Shown here in pieces: positions 1-8,177 of a stretch of 24,000 bases of DNA. Origin of the DNA: Longicatena caecimuris (GTDB lineage: Bacteria; Bacillota_I; Bacilli_A; Erysipelotrichales; Erysipelotrichaceae); contig NZ_SMBP01000001.1 of NCBI RefSeq assembly GCF_004341945.1, positions 1-24,000 on the forward strand. The letters run 5' to 3'. The notes under the pieces are model-generated. The model had not been told where the DNA came from and did not search any database. It was given only the letters and a program-made list of their open reading frames with translations. Each line of letters begins with the position of its first letter. The stretch's first letter is position 1. Both the position numbers and the translations under genes were made by a program.

Positions 1-294
1 TGCATTGATAATGGCCCAATCGAAGGGTTATGGGGAATTATCAAGGCCGAAATGTATTATCTGAATGAATTTCACACAATAGAAGGATTAAAATCGTCAT
101 TAGAAAAATACATCAAATTTTATAATAATGAGAGACCACAAGGAAGGTATTGTGATCAAACACCAATAGAAGTACGAACAGCAGCTTTAACAGCAGTGAA
201 TGAAGTTCGACAATATCCAATAGAAGTAAATAAACGCATTGAAAAGTATTATCAGTCGTTTAAGGCAGAACAAACTAATATCGCAACAGCATAG
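1..294 (+). CDS. IS3-family transposase (OrfB/integrase core), C-terminal fragment; 5' end lies outside the window
   Basis: Frame 1 is open from base 1 to TAG at 292-294. The translation CIDNGPIEGLWGIIKAEMYY...KFYNNERPQGRY..QTPIEVR has the third catalytic Glu with Lys 7 residues later, then a YNxxRP...TP tail. This is typical of the C-terminus of IS3-family DDE transposases. The element end (inverted repeat) cannot be placed without the left end. Confidence 0.7.
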   Translation, partial: CIDNGPIEGLWGIIKAEMYYLNEFHTIEGLKSSLEKYIKFYNNERPQGRYCDQTPIEVRTAALTAVNEVRQYPIEVNKRIEKYYQSFKAEQTNIATA

Positions 295-325
295 AAAAAG
301 ATGACCTATCTTACGACAAGTCATC
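295..325 (-). terminator. Possible intrinsic terminator for ponA (minus strand)
   Basis: GATGAC (300-305) pairs with GTCATC (320-325). On the minus strand the hairpin is followed by TTTTT (plus-strand A-run 295-299). It lies about 80 nt past the ponA stop and abuts the transposase stop, so it could instead belong to the IS end. Confidence 0.35.
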
Positions 326-404
326 AATTACTGGTTTTATTTATTTCACCTGTCTACTTGACAGGGAGCAGATCACAAGCAAAGAATCTCTTCTGTGTAA
401 TATG

Positions 405-3107
405 CTAATCACCAAATGTATTGCTAGTTGGCCTGCCATTTTCTTTATTGCCAGTTCCACTCGCAGTATCACCTTTATTGGTGTTATCATTTTTATCCGT
501 ATTAGCATTATTATTGGTATTATCGTTTGGCTTTTGATTGTTATTATTAGGCGGTGTTACTTCTTGTACTGGATGAGCTTTACAAGCTTCAATAGCAGCT
601 TGGATATCTTGAACGGCTTGATTGATTTCTGCCTGTGTCACACCGCTTGATGTTAATAAAGCATTTGCTGCATTGATTCGACTATTTAATGCTTGCACAT
701 AAGCACTTTGATATTTTGTAGTGTCGGTATATGCAGCAGCATTTTGAATAGCAGATGTTAGGGAAGTTGTTGTTACGGCGACTTCTTTTTCTTTCAATCC
801 ACGTATTGCATTTTCTAAGGCTTGTTTTGCTCTATTTACTTCGTCTTCTGTGACGTCTTCTTTATTTAACAACGCATTTGCTTGTTTTAGAGCTTCTTGC
901 AATGCAGCCCATGTTTCCGGTGTGTAATCGCTTTGTTTATATTTACTAGCATCACTGATAGGTGATTTTAATGCATCACTAGCTTTTTTCACATTGGCTA
1001 CGGTTTCAGGATTGTTTTTTGCTGCATCCTTTAGGAACTCTGTTTTAATGAGACCTCCACCATAAGAGCTGATACCACCGGGATTTTGAATCCTTGTCGC
1101 ATTGGAACTTAAGGAATCTAAAATATAACGATTGATCTTACCAGGTATATTCATATTTTGTACAGCTTCGGATAAGTAGGTGTAGCCGTTGACACGTGAA
1201 TCAAAGCCGTTCCATGAAGCAATCGTATAATCACTTGTGTAATTGACCATCCAACCGTCATGGGCATTACCACCGACTTCATCGGCATAATCATCCCAGT
1301 CAGAAGTTCCGGTTTTTCCATAAACCGGATATCCAGCACCACTGAAGGCTTGGCTCATATAGTTATATCCACTATATTTGCCTGTGATAGCTTTGTTTAA
1401 CAAATCACTTGTCATATAAGCAGCCTGTGGGGACATAGCCTGTGTCGTCTTAGCGTTGTTCTCATAAGTTTTACTGCCATCTTTATATACAACCTTTGTG
1501 ATCATATGTGGTTCTATATATTTTCCACCGTTTGCTAAGGTAGCAAATGCGGCTGCCATTTGAGTAGGGGTTGCTTCAAAATTAGCACCACCAATGGCAT
1601 ACAGCAAATCGAATTTTTCGGCAACCTTATCATCAAAACCTAGTTTTTTCATATACTCTCGCATATAATCGTTGCCAACCGCATTTGTCACGGCTTGCAT
1701 AGCTTCCAGAGCAGGGATGTTTAAGGATTGCGCTAACGCACGTTCTAATGAAACTTTTCCATGATATTTGTTATCGTAATTACTCTTTGTATCTCCATAA
1801 ATTTGGATAGGTTTATCTTCTACGATTCGTGATGTTGCCCAGCCGATTTGATCAAAAGCCTGTGCGTATGCCAATAATGGTTTAGAAGTTGATCCTGGCT
1901 GATGCTTCTCTTTTGTCGCACGATCTTTATACGTACTGGAAGTAGGATCATCAAAGCCAGTACCAATAGCAATGATCGTACCTTTACGATTATCGATAAC
2001 GCTTGCAGCTATTTGGAAATATTTATTTTCCGGCATACCGATAACTTTCTTTTCCTGAATATCATTGAGACGATCTTGGGTGGAAGTGTCCAGGGCAGTA
2101 TAAATTTTCATTGGGGTTGTTGCTGGGTCTTCACCTGTCAGCTCTCTAGCCTCTGTAATCGCAGCTTGCGCGTATGCGAGGTAAGGATTATCCTTGGCCT
2201 TTGATTCTCCTTTTAATTGGAATGCCAGTTTTGTTGCTTTAGCTAATTTATATTCGCTTTCACTGATATAGCCATGACTCAACATTAAGGAAAGGGTTTC
2301 GTTGCGGCGTTTGGTAGCATAAGCATAATAGTTTTGTTTCGTTTTGGAATCATAGCCTTGATATGGGTTATACAATGCAGGTGCATTGACCACGCCGGCT
2401 AAAAAGGCACTTTCGCTCAGATTCAGCTGCTCTACGTTTTTGCCAAAATAATATTGCGCTCCTTTTTGAATACCGCGGGCGCTAGCACCAAAGTTAATTT
2501 TATTCAAATAGTTTGTTAAGATTTCTTCCTTGCTCATTTTAGAATCAAGGCGAAGACTTAAATAAATTTCCTGAATCTTCATTTCAATCTTATCTTTTTG
2601 TGTTAGCTTAATGCCTTCACTGTCTGCCTTTTCTTCCTTAGGCTTATTAATAAAGTTATCAATCGTCTGCATGGTCAAGGTAGAACCACCCTGTGCCAAG
2701 GATCCGGAACGTAAATTGTTGAACGCACTGGAAATAAAGCGAGGAAGATCAAAACCGTTATGTTTAAAATAACGGGAATCCTCAATAGCCAAAAAGGCAT
2801 CAATGGTAACTTGTGGAATTTGTTCATATTCAACAATTTCACGGCTTTCTGCACCGAGCTCATAAATGACTTTGCCATCAGCACTGTATAATGTGCTTGG
2901 CTCTACATTAATGATTTTTTCTTCCAATTTTCGCTCATCTTCACTGACCTTACCAATGATTTGGCTTAGCAGGAAGAATCCGGTCACGCCTCCTAATAAT
3001 ACACAACATAAGAAGACGATGATGATACCATTCACGACGTTACGAACGGTAGCTTTCTTTTTCTTTCCTGTTGGATTGGAATTTTTTTTCGTAGTATCAT
3101 TTGCCAT
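405..3107 (-). CDS. ponA: Class A penicillin-binding protein (PBP1A: bifunctional glycosyltransferase/transpeptidase) with a C-terminal FIVAR-like extension
   Basis: Lys-rich cytoplasmic N-terminus and one TM helix. GT51 motifs EDSRYFKHNGFD and GGSTLTMQ are present, as are transpeptidase motifs STSKP (SxxK) and KTGT. I chose the start at ATG 3107 (MANDTTKK) because AAGGAGGA lies 9 nt upstream. The ORF-track start at 3137 has no SD. The start overlaps the recU stop by 11 nt, the same recU-ponA operon layout as in B. subtilis. Confidence 0.92.
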   Translation of the reverse strand: MANDTTKKNSNPTGKKKKATVRNVVNGIIIVFLCCVLLGGVTGFFLLSQIIGKVSEDERKLEEKIINVEPSTLYSADGKVIYELGAESREIVEYEQIPQVTIDAFLAIEDSRYFKHNGFDLPRFISSAFNNLRSGSLAQGGSTLTMQTIDNFINKPKEEKADSEGIKLTQKDKIEMKIQEIYLSLRLDSKMSKEEILTNYLNKINFGASARGIQKGAQYYFGKNVEQLNLSESAFLAGVVNAPALYNPYQGYDSKTKQNYYAYATKRRNETLSLMLSHGYISESEYKLAKATKLAFQLKGESKAKDNPYLAYAQAAITEARELTGEDPATTPMKIYTALDTSTQDRLNDIQEKKVIGMPENKYFQIAASVIDNRKGTIIAIGTGFDDPTSSTYKDRATKEKHQPGSTSKPLLAYAQAFDQIGWATSRIVEDKPIQIYGDTKSNYDNKYHGKVSLERALAQSLNIPALEAMQAVTNAVGNDYMREYMKKLGFDDKVAEKFDLLYAIGGANFEATPTQMAAAFATLANGGKYIEPHMITKVVYKDGSKTYENNAKTTQAMSPQAAYMTSDLLNKAITGKYSGYNYMSQAFSGAGYPVYGKTGTSDWDDYADEVGGNAHDGWMVNYTSDYTIASWNGFDSRVNGYTYLSEAVQNMNIPGKINRYILDSLSSNATRIQNPGGISSYGGGLIKTEFLKDAAKNNPETVANVKKASDALKSPISDASKYKQSDYTPETWAALQEALKQANALLNKEDVTEDEVNRAKQALENAIRGLKEKEVAVTTTSLTSAIQNAAAYTDTTKYQSAYVQALNSRINAANALLTSSGVTQAEINQAVQDIQAAIEACKAHPVQEVTPPNNNNQKPNDNTNNNANTDKNDNTNKGDTASGTGNKENGRPTSNTFGD
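573..983 (-). repeat. Two tandem FIVAR-like three-helix repeats inside the PBP1A C-terminus, followed (408-572) by an Asn/Asp/Thr/Lys-rich low-complexity tail
   Basis: Repeat 1: SDYTPETWAALQEALKQANALLNKEDVTEDEVNRAKQALENAIRGLK. Repeat 2: TKYQSAYVQALNSRINAANALLTSSGVTQAEINQAVQDIQAAIEACK. Both fit the FIVAR pattern Yt..sW..L..al..A..lL.....tq.evn.A...L..Ai..L. The tail reads PPNNNNQKPNDNTNNNANTDKNDNTNKGD... Confidence 0.55.
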
Positions 3108-3687
3108 ACGAGTTTTCCTCCTTGAAATATAAGGCATCTACATTATCTAAATAACGCAGCCGTGGGGATAATCCTTCCTTGATATAAGAACCGAGCTGTT
3201 TTACTTGTTCATAAGGAATGGACTTACGTTCACTATTTTCATAGCGTTCGATTATTACGCCAGCGTCAATCAGATAAGTCTCATCATAAAAAGTGAATCG
3301 GATGATGAAGAATCCAATACCTCCATGAAATAAGACCTTTTTCAGATGATGAATCTGATGGGGATGTATGCTTTTAAAGGGAAAGGATGTTTTTGATTTG
3401 GTTTCTTTCGCTTCAAAGTCAATTGCTTTTCCCCGATACACGCCATTATAATCAGTCGTGCTAGGGGTCTTATAATAGGCCTCTGTTATTTTGGCGGCAC
3501 AGCGGGCAGGATAATCAACCTTAACCACCTGAATCGGTGTTGGCTTCTTATGAATCAAGGCGCGATCACATGCACGATAATAGGCGTTGCTGTCATTGAT
3601 GTCTTCCTCTAATGACATTCCACGACCCATATGATTATCCACAACTGTTTGACTCACCTTGTTTTTTTTATTGGGGTATCCTATCAC
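3097..3687 (-). CDS. recU: Holliday junction resolvase RecU
   Basis: Collinear with B. subtilis RecU as I remember it: IGYPN.., RGMSLEEDIN.SN.YY, IHKKPTPIQVVKVDYP, TTDYNGVYRGK.IDFEAKETK. The preferred start is GTG 3687 (giving MIGYPNKK, like Bsu MIRYPNGK), with GGTGA 5 nt upstream. The ORF-track start, GTG 3696, is an alternative. Confidence 0.9.
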   Translation of the reverse strand: MIGYPNKKNKVSQTVVDNHMGRGMSLEEDINDSNAYYRACDRALIHKKPTPIQVVKVDYPARCAAKITEAYYKTPSTTDYNGVYRGKAIDFEAKETKSKTSFPFKSIHPHQIHHLKKVLFHGGIGFFIIRFTFYDETYLIDAGVIIERYENSERKSIPYEQVKQLGSYIKEGLSPRLRYLDNVDALYFKEENSYGK

Positions 3688-3704
3688 ATGTATCACCAGT
3701 TTAT

Positions 3705-3713
3705 ATTATATCA
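3705..3713 (-). promoter_or_regulatory. Putative extended -10 promoter element for recU-ponA
   Basis: The minus strand reads TGATATAAT (TGn + TATAAT) about 17 nt upstream of the GTG 3687 start. No good -35 hexamer is present. A very short leader is implied. Confidence 0.4.
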
Positions 3714-4062
3714 TAAGGTTTTCATGATTGCGATAAACAACCGTAAGAATTCATGGTATTCTAATGATAAAAAGCATGAATTTGATGAATATTGTGCTGA
3801 GAATACACGATTCTGAAAGTTTTCTTAACATTTGAGTAGGTTTTTTATTAAGCAGAAAAGGTCGTCGATTTAAAGCTTTCTAATAAAAATTTATATATAT
3901 TTTACTGCAATAACTTTAGAAGCACTACCAAAAAATCGATCATCTTACTCATAATATAATAAGGATATCTTATGAAAAAGATGCTGCAAAGAATAGGAAA
4001 GCAAAAAAATATCTTGCAATTTTAGTGGTTTTTTGAGAAACTATAACAGGAAGGTGAGTGCA

Positions 4063-4389
4063 ATGGAAAAAAGGTTTAAACTGAGTGTGGAAGATGTATT
4101 AAACAAACAGTTCAATGTGGATTTTAAAGGATATTCTTCTCGTGAGGTCGATGAATTTTTAGATCTTGTGATTCATGACTATCAAGAATATGACCACATG
4201 ATTGAAAATCTTGGCAATCATCTTCAAGAGTATGAACGTCATATCGCCACCCTAAAAGCGAAAATCGTAGAATTAGAAGGAAAACAGGAAGTGGAAGCTA
4301 AAAAAGCTGAACTGAGTGGAGATAACATCGATATTCTGAAACGATTAACACGTTTAGAAAATGCGGTATTTCGGAAAGAAAAAGAATAA
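4063..4389 (+). CDS. gpsB: Cell-cycle/divisome protein GpsB (DivIVA-domain protein)
   Basis: KLSVEDVLNKQFNVDFKGYSSREVDEFLDLVIHDYQEY matches the GpsB/DivIVA N-terminal domain and is followed by a coiled coil. The start is at ATG 4063 with AGGAAGGTGA upstream; the track start at 4033 is a TTG without SD. It is divergent from recU-ponA and adjacent to rnpB, as in B. subtilis. Confidence 0.87.
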   Translation: MEKRFKLSVEDVLNKQFNVDFKGYSSREVDEFLDLVIHDYQEYDHMIENLGNHLQEYERHIATLKAKIVELEGKQEVEAKKAELSGDNIDILKRLTRLENAVFRKEKE

Positions 4390-4748
4390 TCGGCAGCGTT
4401 GCGGCAGTCGCTGGTCATTTGACTAGAGGAAAGTCCATGCTCGCACGATCTGTGATGATCGTAGTGTTTGTGCTGGATGAAACAATAAATCCAGGCAGTG
4501 TAATTACTGACGGCTGAAGGAAACCTAAGGGAAACTATGGTGTACTTCTTTAAAAGTGCCACAGAGACGAGCTTTTATGGAAACATAGAAGATGGAACGG
4601 GTAAACCCCGCAAGCGAGAAACCCAAATTTGGTAGGGGAACCTGCTGGAGGTGAAGTGAAATCATCCGGTGGGGCGTTTGAAAAAACGCAGATAAATGAC
4701 TGCCACTCCATTGGAGTACAGAACATGGCTTATGCAATGAAACCGTAG
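4390..4748 (+). ncRNA. rnpB: RNase P RNA, bacterial type B (Firmicute type)
   Basis: Universally conserved blocks are present: AGAGGAAAGTCCATGCTCGCAC (4425-), AGTGCCACAGAGACGA, GGTAAACCCCGCAAGCGAGAAACCCAAATTTGGTAGGGGAAC and ACAGAACATGGCTTA (4718-). P1 can form between CGGCAGCGTTGC (4391-4402) and GCAATGAAACCG (4734-4745). The ends are approximate, within about 5 nt. Confidence 0.92.
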
Positions 4749-4771
4749 AGCAGGAGTAATCCTGCTTTTTC
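4749..4771 (+). terminator. Intrinsic terminator after rnpB
   Basis: AGCAGGA (4749-4755), loop GTAA, TCCTGCT (4760-4766), then a T-run to 4770. Confidence 0.7.
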
Positions 4772-4833
4772 AATGTAAAAATGACGCGAAATTGTGGAAA
4801 TGCTGTGAGATTTTCAAAAATGTTCATAATAAT

Positions 4834-4862
4834 TTTACAATTTAGTTTTTGCTTGTTATAAT
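4834..4862 (+). promoter_or_regulatory. Sigma-A-type promoter for the rodZ-pgsA-cinA-recA cluster
   Basis: TTTACA (4834-4839), 17-nt spacer, TATAAT (4857-4862), with TGt immediately upstream of the -10 (extended -10). Confidence 0.6.
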
Positions 4863-4937
4863 AATAAGGACTATAAAAACGGGACATACTGAAGATATCG
4901 AAGAATGTCGTTCAGGTACTATAAAAGAGGTGTGCAA

Positions 4938-5876
4938 ATGGAAAAAATAGGAAACATGTTAAAGGAAAAACGTATCGAACTCGGTATGAGTGTCGAAGAT
5001 ATAAGTGAAAAAACCAGACTTACAACAAAGCACATCAAAGCCTTAGAAGAAGGAGATATTTCTTTTTTTCATGAGGACCTGAGTTATTTACGCTTTTTTG
5101 TGAAATCGTATTGTGATGCGGTCGGTATTGATTTTGAAGATATGAAAGATGAATTGCGTGAAAGCATTGACGATTATACCATGACATCTGTACAAAGCGC
5201 ACAGCTTTCTCATGAAGAAATTGAACATAATATCGCTAAGAGTGAGAAGCTTACGAAAGTGCAGACCGCAGATGTGAAAATGCCACGCCAAAAGCGCAGA
5301 AGAGCGAAACCAGATGTTTCTTTAATTTCGCTTGTGGCAATTATTGGTGTTGTGGTCATCGTATTGATGTTTGCTTTTGTGATTTTCATGCAGACAGATA
5401 GTGGCAAGGATAACAAACCGACAAACAATATGCCAATTGCCGGTGAAAATGATAAAGAAGCCTATCCTAGCGATGACGAGAAACAAAAAGAAGAACAGAA
5501 AGAAGAAGTCAAAGAATTAGAAATCGTCAAAAATGATGTGACCGATTATACAATCAACAATGTCAAAGAAGGCGAGAAATTAAAAGTGGAAACGAAATTT
5601 AACGGCAGCAATTCTGGTTATAGTGTTACGGTTGATGAAAAAGATATTCGTGAAAATAAGATATTTAATGTGGGGCAGACAGCTACAAGTGAAATTGAAG
5701 TGAAAAAAGGCACGAAGATTTCTATCTATATCGGTTGTATGGTGCAAACTGATATAAAAATTAATGGAAAGGTCGTAAAGACGGATAGCAGTATAAATCC
5801 AAGCACATATCCTGGATATTGTCCTAGCAATACGTTGACGTTTACGGTAGGTGAAGTAAATGAATCTGCCAAATAA
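4938..5876 (+). CDS. rodZ: RodZ-like cytoskeleton-associated membrane protein (XRE-type HTH, single TM helix, C-terminal extracellular domain)
   Basis: N-terminal HTH: IGNMLKEKRIELGMSVEDISEKTRLTTKHIKALEEGD. A basic stretch is followed by the TM helix VSLISLVAIIGVVVIVLMFAFVIFM, an acidic linker and a C-terminal beta-rich domain. Its position upstream of pgsA-cinA-recA equals ymfM/rodZ in B. subtilis. The start is at ATG 4938 with AAAGAGGTG upstream; the track start at 4905 lacks an SD. Confidence 0.75.
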   Translation: MEKIGNMLKEKRIELGMSVEDISEKTRLTTKHIKALEEGDISFFHEDLSYLRFFVKSYCDAVGIDFEDMKDELRESIDDYTMTSVQSAQLSHEEIEHNIAKSEKLTKVQTADVKMPRQKRRRAKPDVSLISLVAIIGVVVIVLMFAFVIFMQTDSGKDNKPTNNMPIAGENDKEAYPSDDEKQKEEQKEEVKELEIVKNDVTDYTINNVKEGEKLKVETKFNGSNSGYSVTVDEKDIRENKIFNVGQTATSEIEVKKGTKISIYIGCMVQTDIKINGKVVKTDSSINPSTYPGYCPSNTLTFTVGEVNESAK

Positions 5877-6450
5877 ATTATCTTTGTTTCGTGTCGTTTT
5901 AGTACCAATCATCGCTATTCTATATTTGTTTTGTGATTTGGGTATGGCATTCCAAGTGAATGTACAGGATGCTATGGTGACAGTGCAATGGAGCGATATC
6001 GTGGTGCTGATTTTATTTGCGATTGCTTCTTTTACTGATTTTTTGGATGGAAATATTGCACGCAAACGAAATCTGGTTACCTCTTTTGGTAAATTTGTTG
6101 ATCCGATTGCTGATAAGCTTTTAGTAAATACGATGCTGATTTTATTTGCTGTTGGCAATAGAGTGCCAATCATCGCGGTGATCATTATGATTTGGCGTGA
6201 TACGATCGTGGATGGCTTGCGAATGTCAGCAAGTGCAAAAGGCAAAGTGGTGGCAGCGGGCATGCCAGGGAAAATTAAAACTGTACTGCAAATGTTTGCT
6301 ATTATTTTTGTCATGCTGTATGATTTACCATTTGCTTATTTAGGTATTCCGATGGATCAAATTTTTATTTGGGGAGCAACAATAGCTTCCGTGTATAGTG
6401 GAATTGTTTATTTTATGAAGTTGAAAGATGTTGTCATGGAGACGATGTAG
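5860..6450 (+). CDS. pgsA: CDP-diacylglycerol--glycerol-3-phosphate 3-phosphatidyltransferase
   Basis: CDP-alcohol phosphatidyltransferase motif DGxxAR...G...D...D is present (DFLDGNIARKRNLVTSFGKFVDPIADKL). Multiple TM helices. SD AGGTGA lies upstream. The start overlaps the rodZ end by 17 nt. Confidence 0.9.
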   Translation: MNLPNKLSLFRVVLVPIIAILYLFCDLGMAFQVNVQDAMVTVQWSDIVVLILFAIASFTDFLDGNIARKRNLVTSFGKFVDPIADKLLVNTMLILFAVGNRVPIIAVIIMIWRDTIVDGLRMSASAKGKVVAAGMPGKIKTVLQMFAIIFVMLYDLPFAYLGIPMDQIFIWGATIASVYSGIVYFMKLKDVVMETM

Positions 6451-6927
6451 ATGGAACAGGTAACAACAGCAGCATCTTTCGTGGCTTTGCTGAAAGAAAA
6501 AAAACTGACAATTGGCAGCTGTGAAAGTTTTACAGCGGGTGCCTTTTGTGCAGCAATAGCAGATGTTGCAGGAGCAAGTGCCGTTTTAAAAGGTGGATTA
6601 GTCACATATGCCACACAAGAAAAAATAGCATTGGCACATGTTGATGCAAAAATCATCGAAACATATGGTGTTGTCAGTGAAGAATGTGCAATTGCAATGG
6701 CGCGAAGCGCACGTGCTGTATTGGATGTTGATCTATGTATCTCCTTTACGGGAAATGCCGGACTGGATGCCTGGGAAGGCAAACCGGCAGGTTTAGTGTA
6801 TTGTGCAATAGCAGATATCCAACATGTACAAGTATTTGCATTACATTCTAAATTGACACGCAATGAATTGCGGGCGTATGCTGTACAATTTATGATGGAA
6901 AAAGCAGTCGCATTCCTCAGTGAATGA
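6451..6927 (+). CDS. cinA: CinA C-terminal-domain protein (nicotinamide-nucleotide amidohydrolase PncC type); no N-terminal MoCF-like domain
   Basis: [14 protein letters not shown]...[24 protein letters not shown]...[14 protein letters not shown]...ISFTGNAG are CinA_C/PncC hallmarks. Its position between pgsA and recA matches Bacillus. At 158 aa it is only the amidase domain. Confidence 0.85.
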   Translation: MEQVTTAASFVALLKEKKLTIGSCESFTAGAFCAAIADVAGASAVLKGGLVTYATQEKIALAHVDAKIIETYGVVSEECAIAMARSARAVLDVDLCISFTGNAGLDAWEGKPAGLVYCAIADIQHVQVFALHSKLTRNELRAYAVQFMMEKAVAFLSE

Positions 6928-6943
6928 GAAAGGGAAAAGTAGC

Positions 6944-7975
6944 ATGAGTGAAAAGAAAGATAAGAAAACAGAGACAAAAGCAGAAGATAAAAAAGATACC
7001 TTATTAAGTGATGCAATTAAGGCCATAGAAAAGCAATATGGAAAAGGCAGCATCATGAAATTAGGAGATCGTGCTGCGGTAGAAATTGATGCTATCAGCA
7101 GTGGTTCCATCAAAATTGATGAGGCTTTAGGTATTGGTGGATATCCCAAAGGTCGTATCATTGAAATCTACGGTCCGGAATCAAGTGGTAAAACGACATT
7201 GGCATTGCACGCGATTGCTGAAGTACAGAAAAAAGGCGGGCGTGCTGCCTTTATTGATGCAGAAAATGCGATTGATCCTGTATATGCGCAAAAACTTGGG
7301 GTCAATATTGATGAGTTGATCTTATCACAGCCAGATAGTGGAGAACAGGCGCTGGATATTACCGAAATGTTAGTAAAAAGCGGTGCTATTGATTTGGTTG
7401 TCGTGGATTCGGTTGCCGCCTTGGTACCACAGGCTGAATTGGATGGTGAGATGGGTGATTCACAAGTAGGATTACAGGCTCGTTTGATGTCAAAAGCGAT
7501 GCGTAAATTAAGTGGTGTCATGAATCGCAGCGAATGTACGGCAATTTTCATTAATCAGCTGCGCGAAAAAGTTGGAGTTGTTTATGGCAATCCTGAAACC
7601 ACACCTGGTGGTCGAGCTTTAAAATTTTATTCCAGTGTGCGTTTGGATATTCGACGCAGTGAGGCAATTAAAAATGGAACTGAAATTATTGGGAATAAAG
7701 TAAATGTAAAAATTGTGAAAAATAAGGTAGCGCCACCTTTTAAAACGGCTGCTATTGAAATCATGTATGGCGAAGGCATCTCTTATATCGCGGAGTTATT
7801 AGATTTATGTGTGGATCATGATATTGTTATGAAAAGTGGTGCTTGGTTTTCTTACAATGGTGAGAAAATCGGCCAGGGGAAAGAAGCTGCAAAAAATACG
7901 ATCAAGTCTAATCCAGAACTGTTAGAAGAGTTAAAAACGAAGCTCATGGAGAAAACAGCAGCTGAAAAAGCTTAA
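6944..7975 (+). CDS. recA: Recombinase RecA
   Basis: [15 protein letters not shown], Walker [31 protein letters not shown] and [22 protein letters not shown] are all present. The start at ATG 6944 follows an AAGGGA SD-like sequence. The track start at 6920 is a GTG that overlaps the cinA end. Confidence 0.97.
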   Translation: MSEKKDKKTETKAEDKKDTLLSDAIKAIEKQYGKGSIMKLGDRAAVEIDAISSGSIKIDEALGIGGYPKGRIIEIYGPESSGKTTLALHAIAEVQKKGGRAAFIDAENAIDPVYAQKLGVNIDELILSQPDSGEQALDITEMLVKSGAIDLVVVDSVAALVPQAELDGEMGDSQVGLQARLMSKAMRKLSGVMNRSECTAIFINQLREKVGVVYGNPETTPGGRALKFYSSVRLDIRRSEAIKNGTEIIGNKVNVKIVKNKVAPPFKTAAIEIMYGEGISYIAELLDLCVDHDIVMKSGAWFSYNGEKIGQGKEAAKNTIKSNPELLEELKTKLMEKTAAEKA

Positions 7976-8006
7976 AAAGCTTTAAGGATCGTTTAGTTTA
8001 CCTATC

Positions 8007-8040
8007 AAAAAAGAAGGACAGGATTGCCCTTCTTTTACTT
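8007..8040 (+). terminator. Intrinsic terminator after recA
   Basis: AAGAAGG (8011-8017) pairs with CCTTCTT (8028-8034) across a 10-nt loop. It is flanked by an A-run upstream and T-rich sequence downstream. Confidence 0.6.
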
Positions 8041-8097
8041 TTTGATGGAACGGCTTTCAATTTTTGATTCTAATTTTCCAAAAACTGCGGTTTTTAG

Positions 8098-8126
8098 TTG
8101 AGAAAAATGTGAAATTTATGTACAAT
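8098..8126 (+). promoter_or_regulatory. Sigma-A-type promoter for rny-ymdB
   Basis: TTGAGA (8098-8103), 17-nt spacer, TACAAT (8121-8126). Confidence 0.55.
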
Positions 8127-8177
8127 ATATGTTAGAGAATAAAATTCTCATTACATGACGAATGGAGGAATAGTGTT

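Noticed and set aside
402-650. 82-aa plus-strand ORF rich in Ile/Phe (looks like a small membrane protein)
   Set aside because: It is the antisense reading of the Asn/Asp-rich tail and last FIVAR repeat of ponA, where AAT/AAC-rich codons read as ATT/GTT. It has no SD and is fully contained within a supported gene.
3631-3816. 61-aa plus-strand ORF in the recU/gpsB divergent region
   Set aside because: It starts inside the recU 5' end on the opposite strand and runs through AT-rich promoter DNA. It has no SD and no recognisable motif.
4239-4887. Two minus-strand ORFs (4239-4562, 4525-4887) in the ORF track
   Set aside because: They cover the RNase P RNA gene, whose conserved ribozyme core sequences are unambiguous on the plus strand. 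They are not coding.
5580-6314. 244-aa minus-strand ORF antisense to rodZ/pgsA. Similar long antisense ORFs occur at 6408-7016, 6841-7161, 7168-7551, 15201-15911, 20996-21508 and 18090-18509.
   Set aside because: Each lies fully opposite a gene with clear family motifs (pgsA, cinA, recA, ftsK, ABC ATPase, yjjI/yjjW). Their translations are low-complexity or Ser/Thr/Ile-rich with no recognisable domain and no SD. These are typical shadow ORFs of well-conserved genes.
6850-6943. Looked for a LexA/DinR Cheo box (GAAC-N4-GTTC) and a dedicated promoter upstream of recA
   Set aside because: No GAAC-N4-GTTC match was found. TACAAT at about 6884 lacks a correctly spaced -35. I cannot support an SOS box from this sequence.
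6944-7010. Lys/Glu-rich 20-aa N-terminal extension of RecA ([19 protein letters not shown])
   Set aside because: RecA N-termini vary in length between lineages, and the start-codon choice (6944 versus downstream) is not experimentally fixed. Not distinctive enough to flag.
8070-8087. CodY-box-like AATTTTCCAAAAACT upstream of the rny promoter, and ATTCTGAAAGTTTTC near 3809
   Set aside because: There are three to four mismatches to AATTTTCWGAAAATT in very AT-rich DNA, which is within chance expectation.
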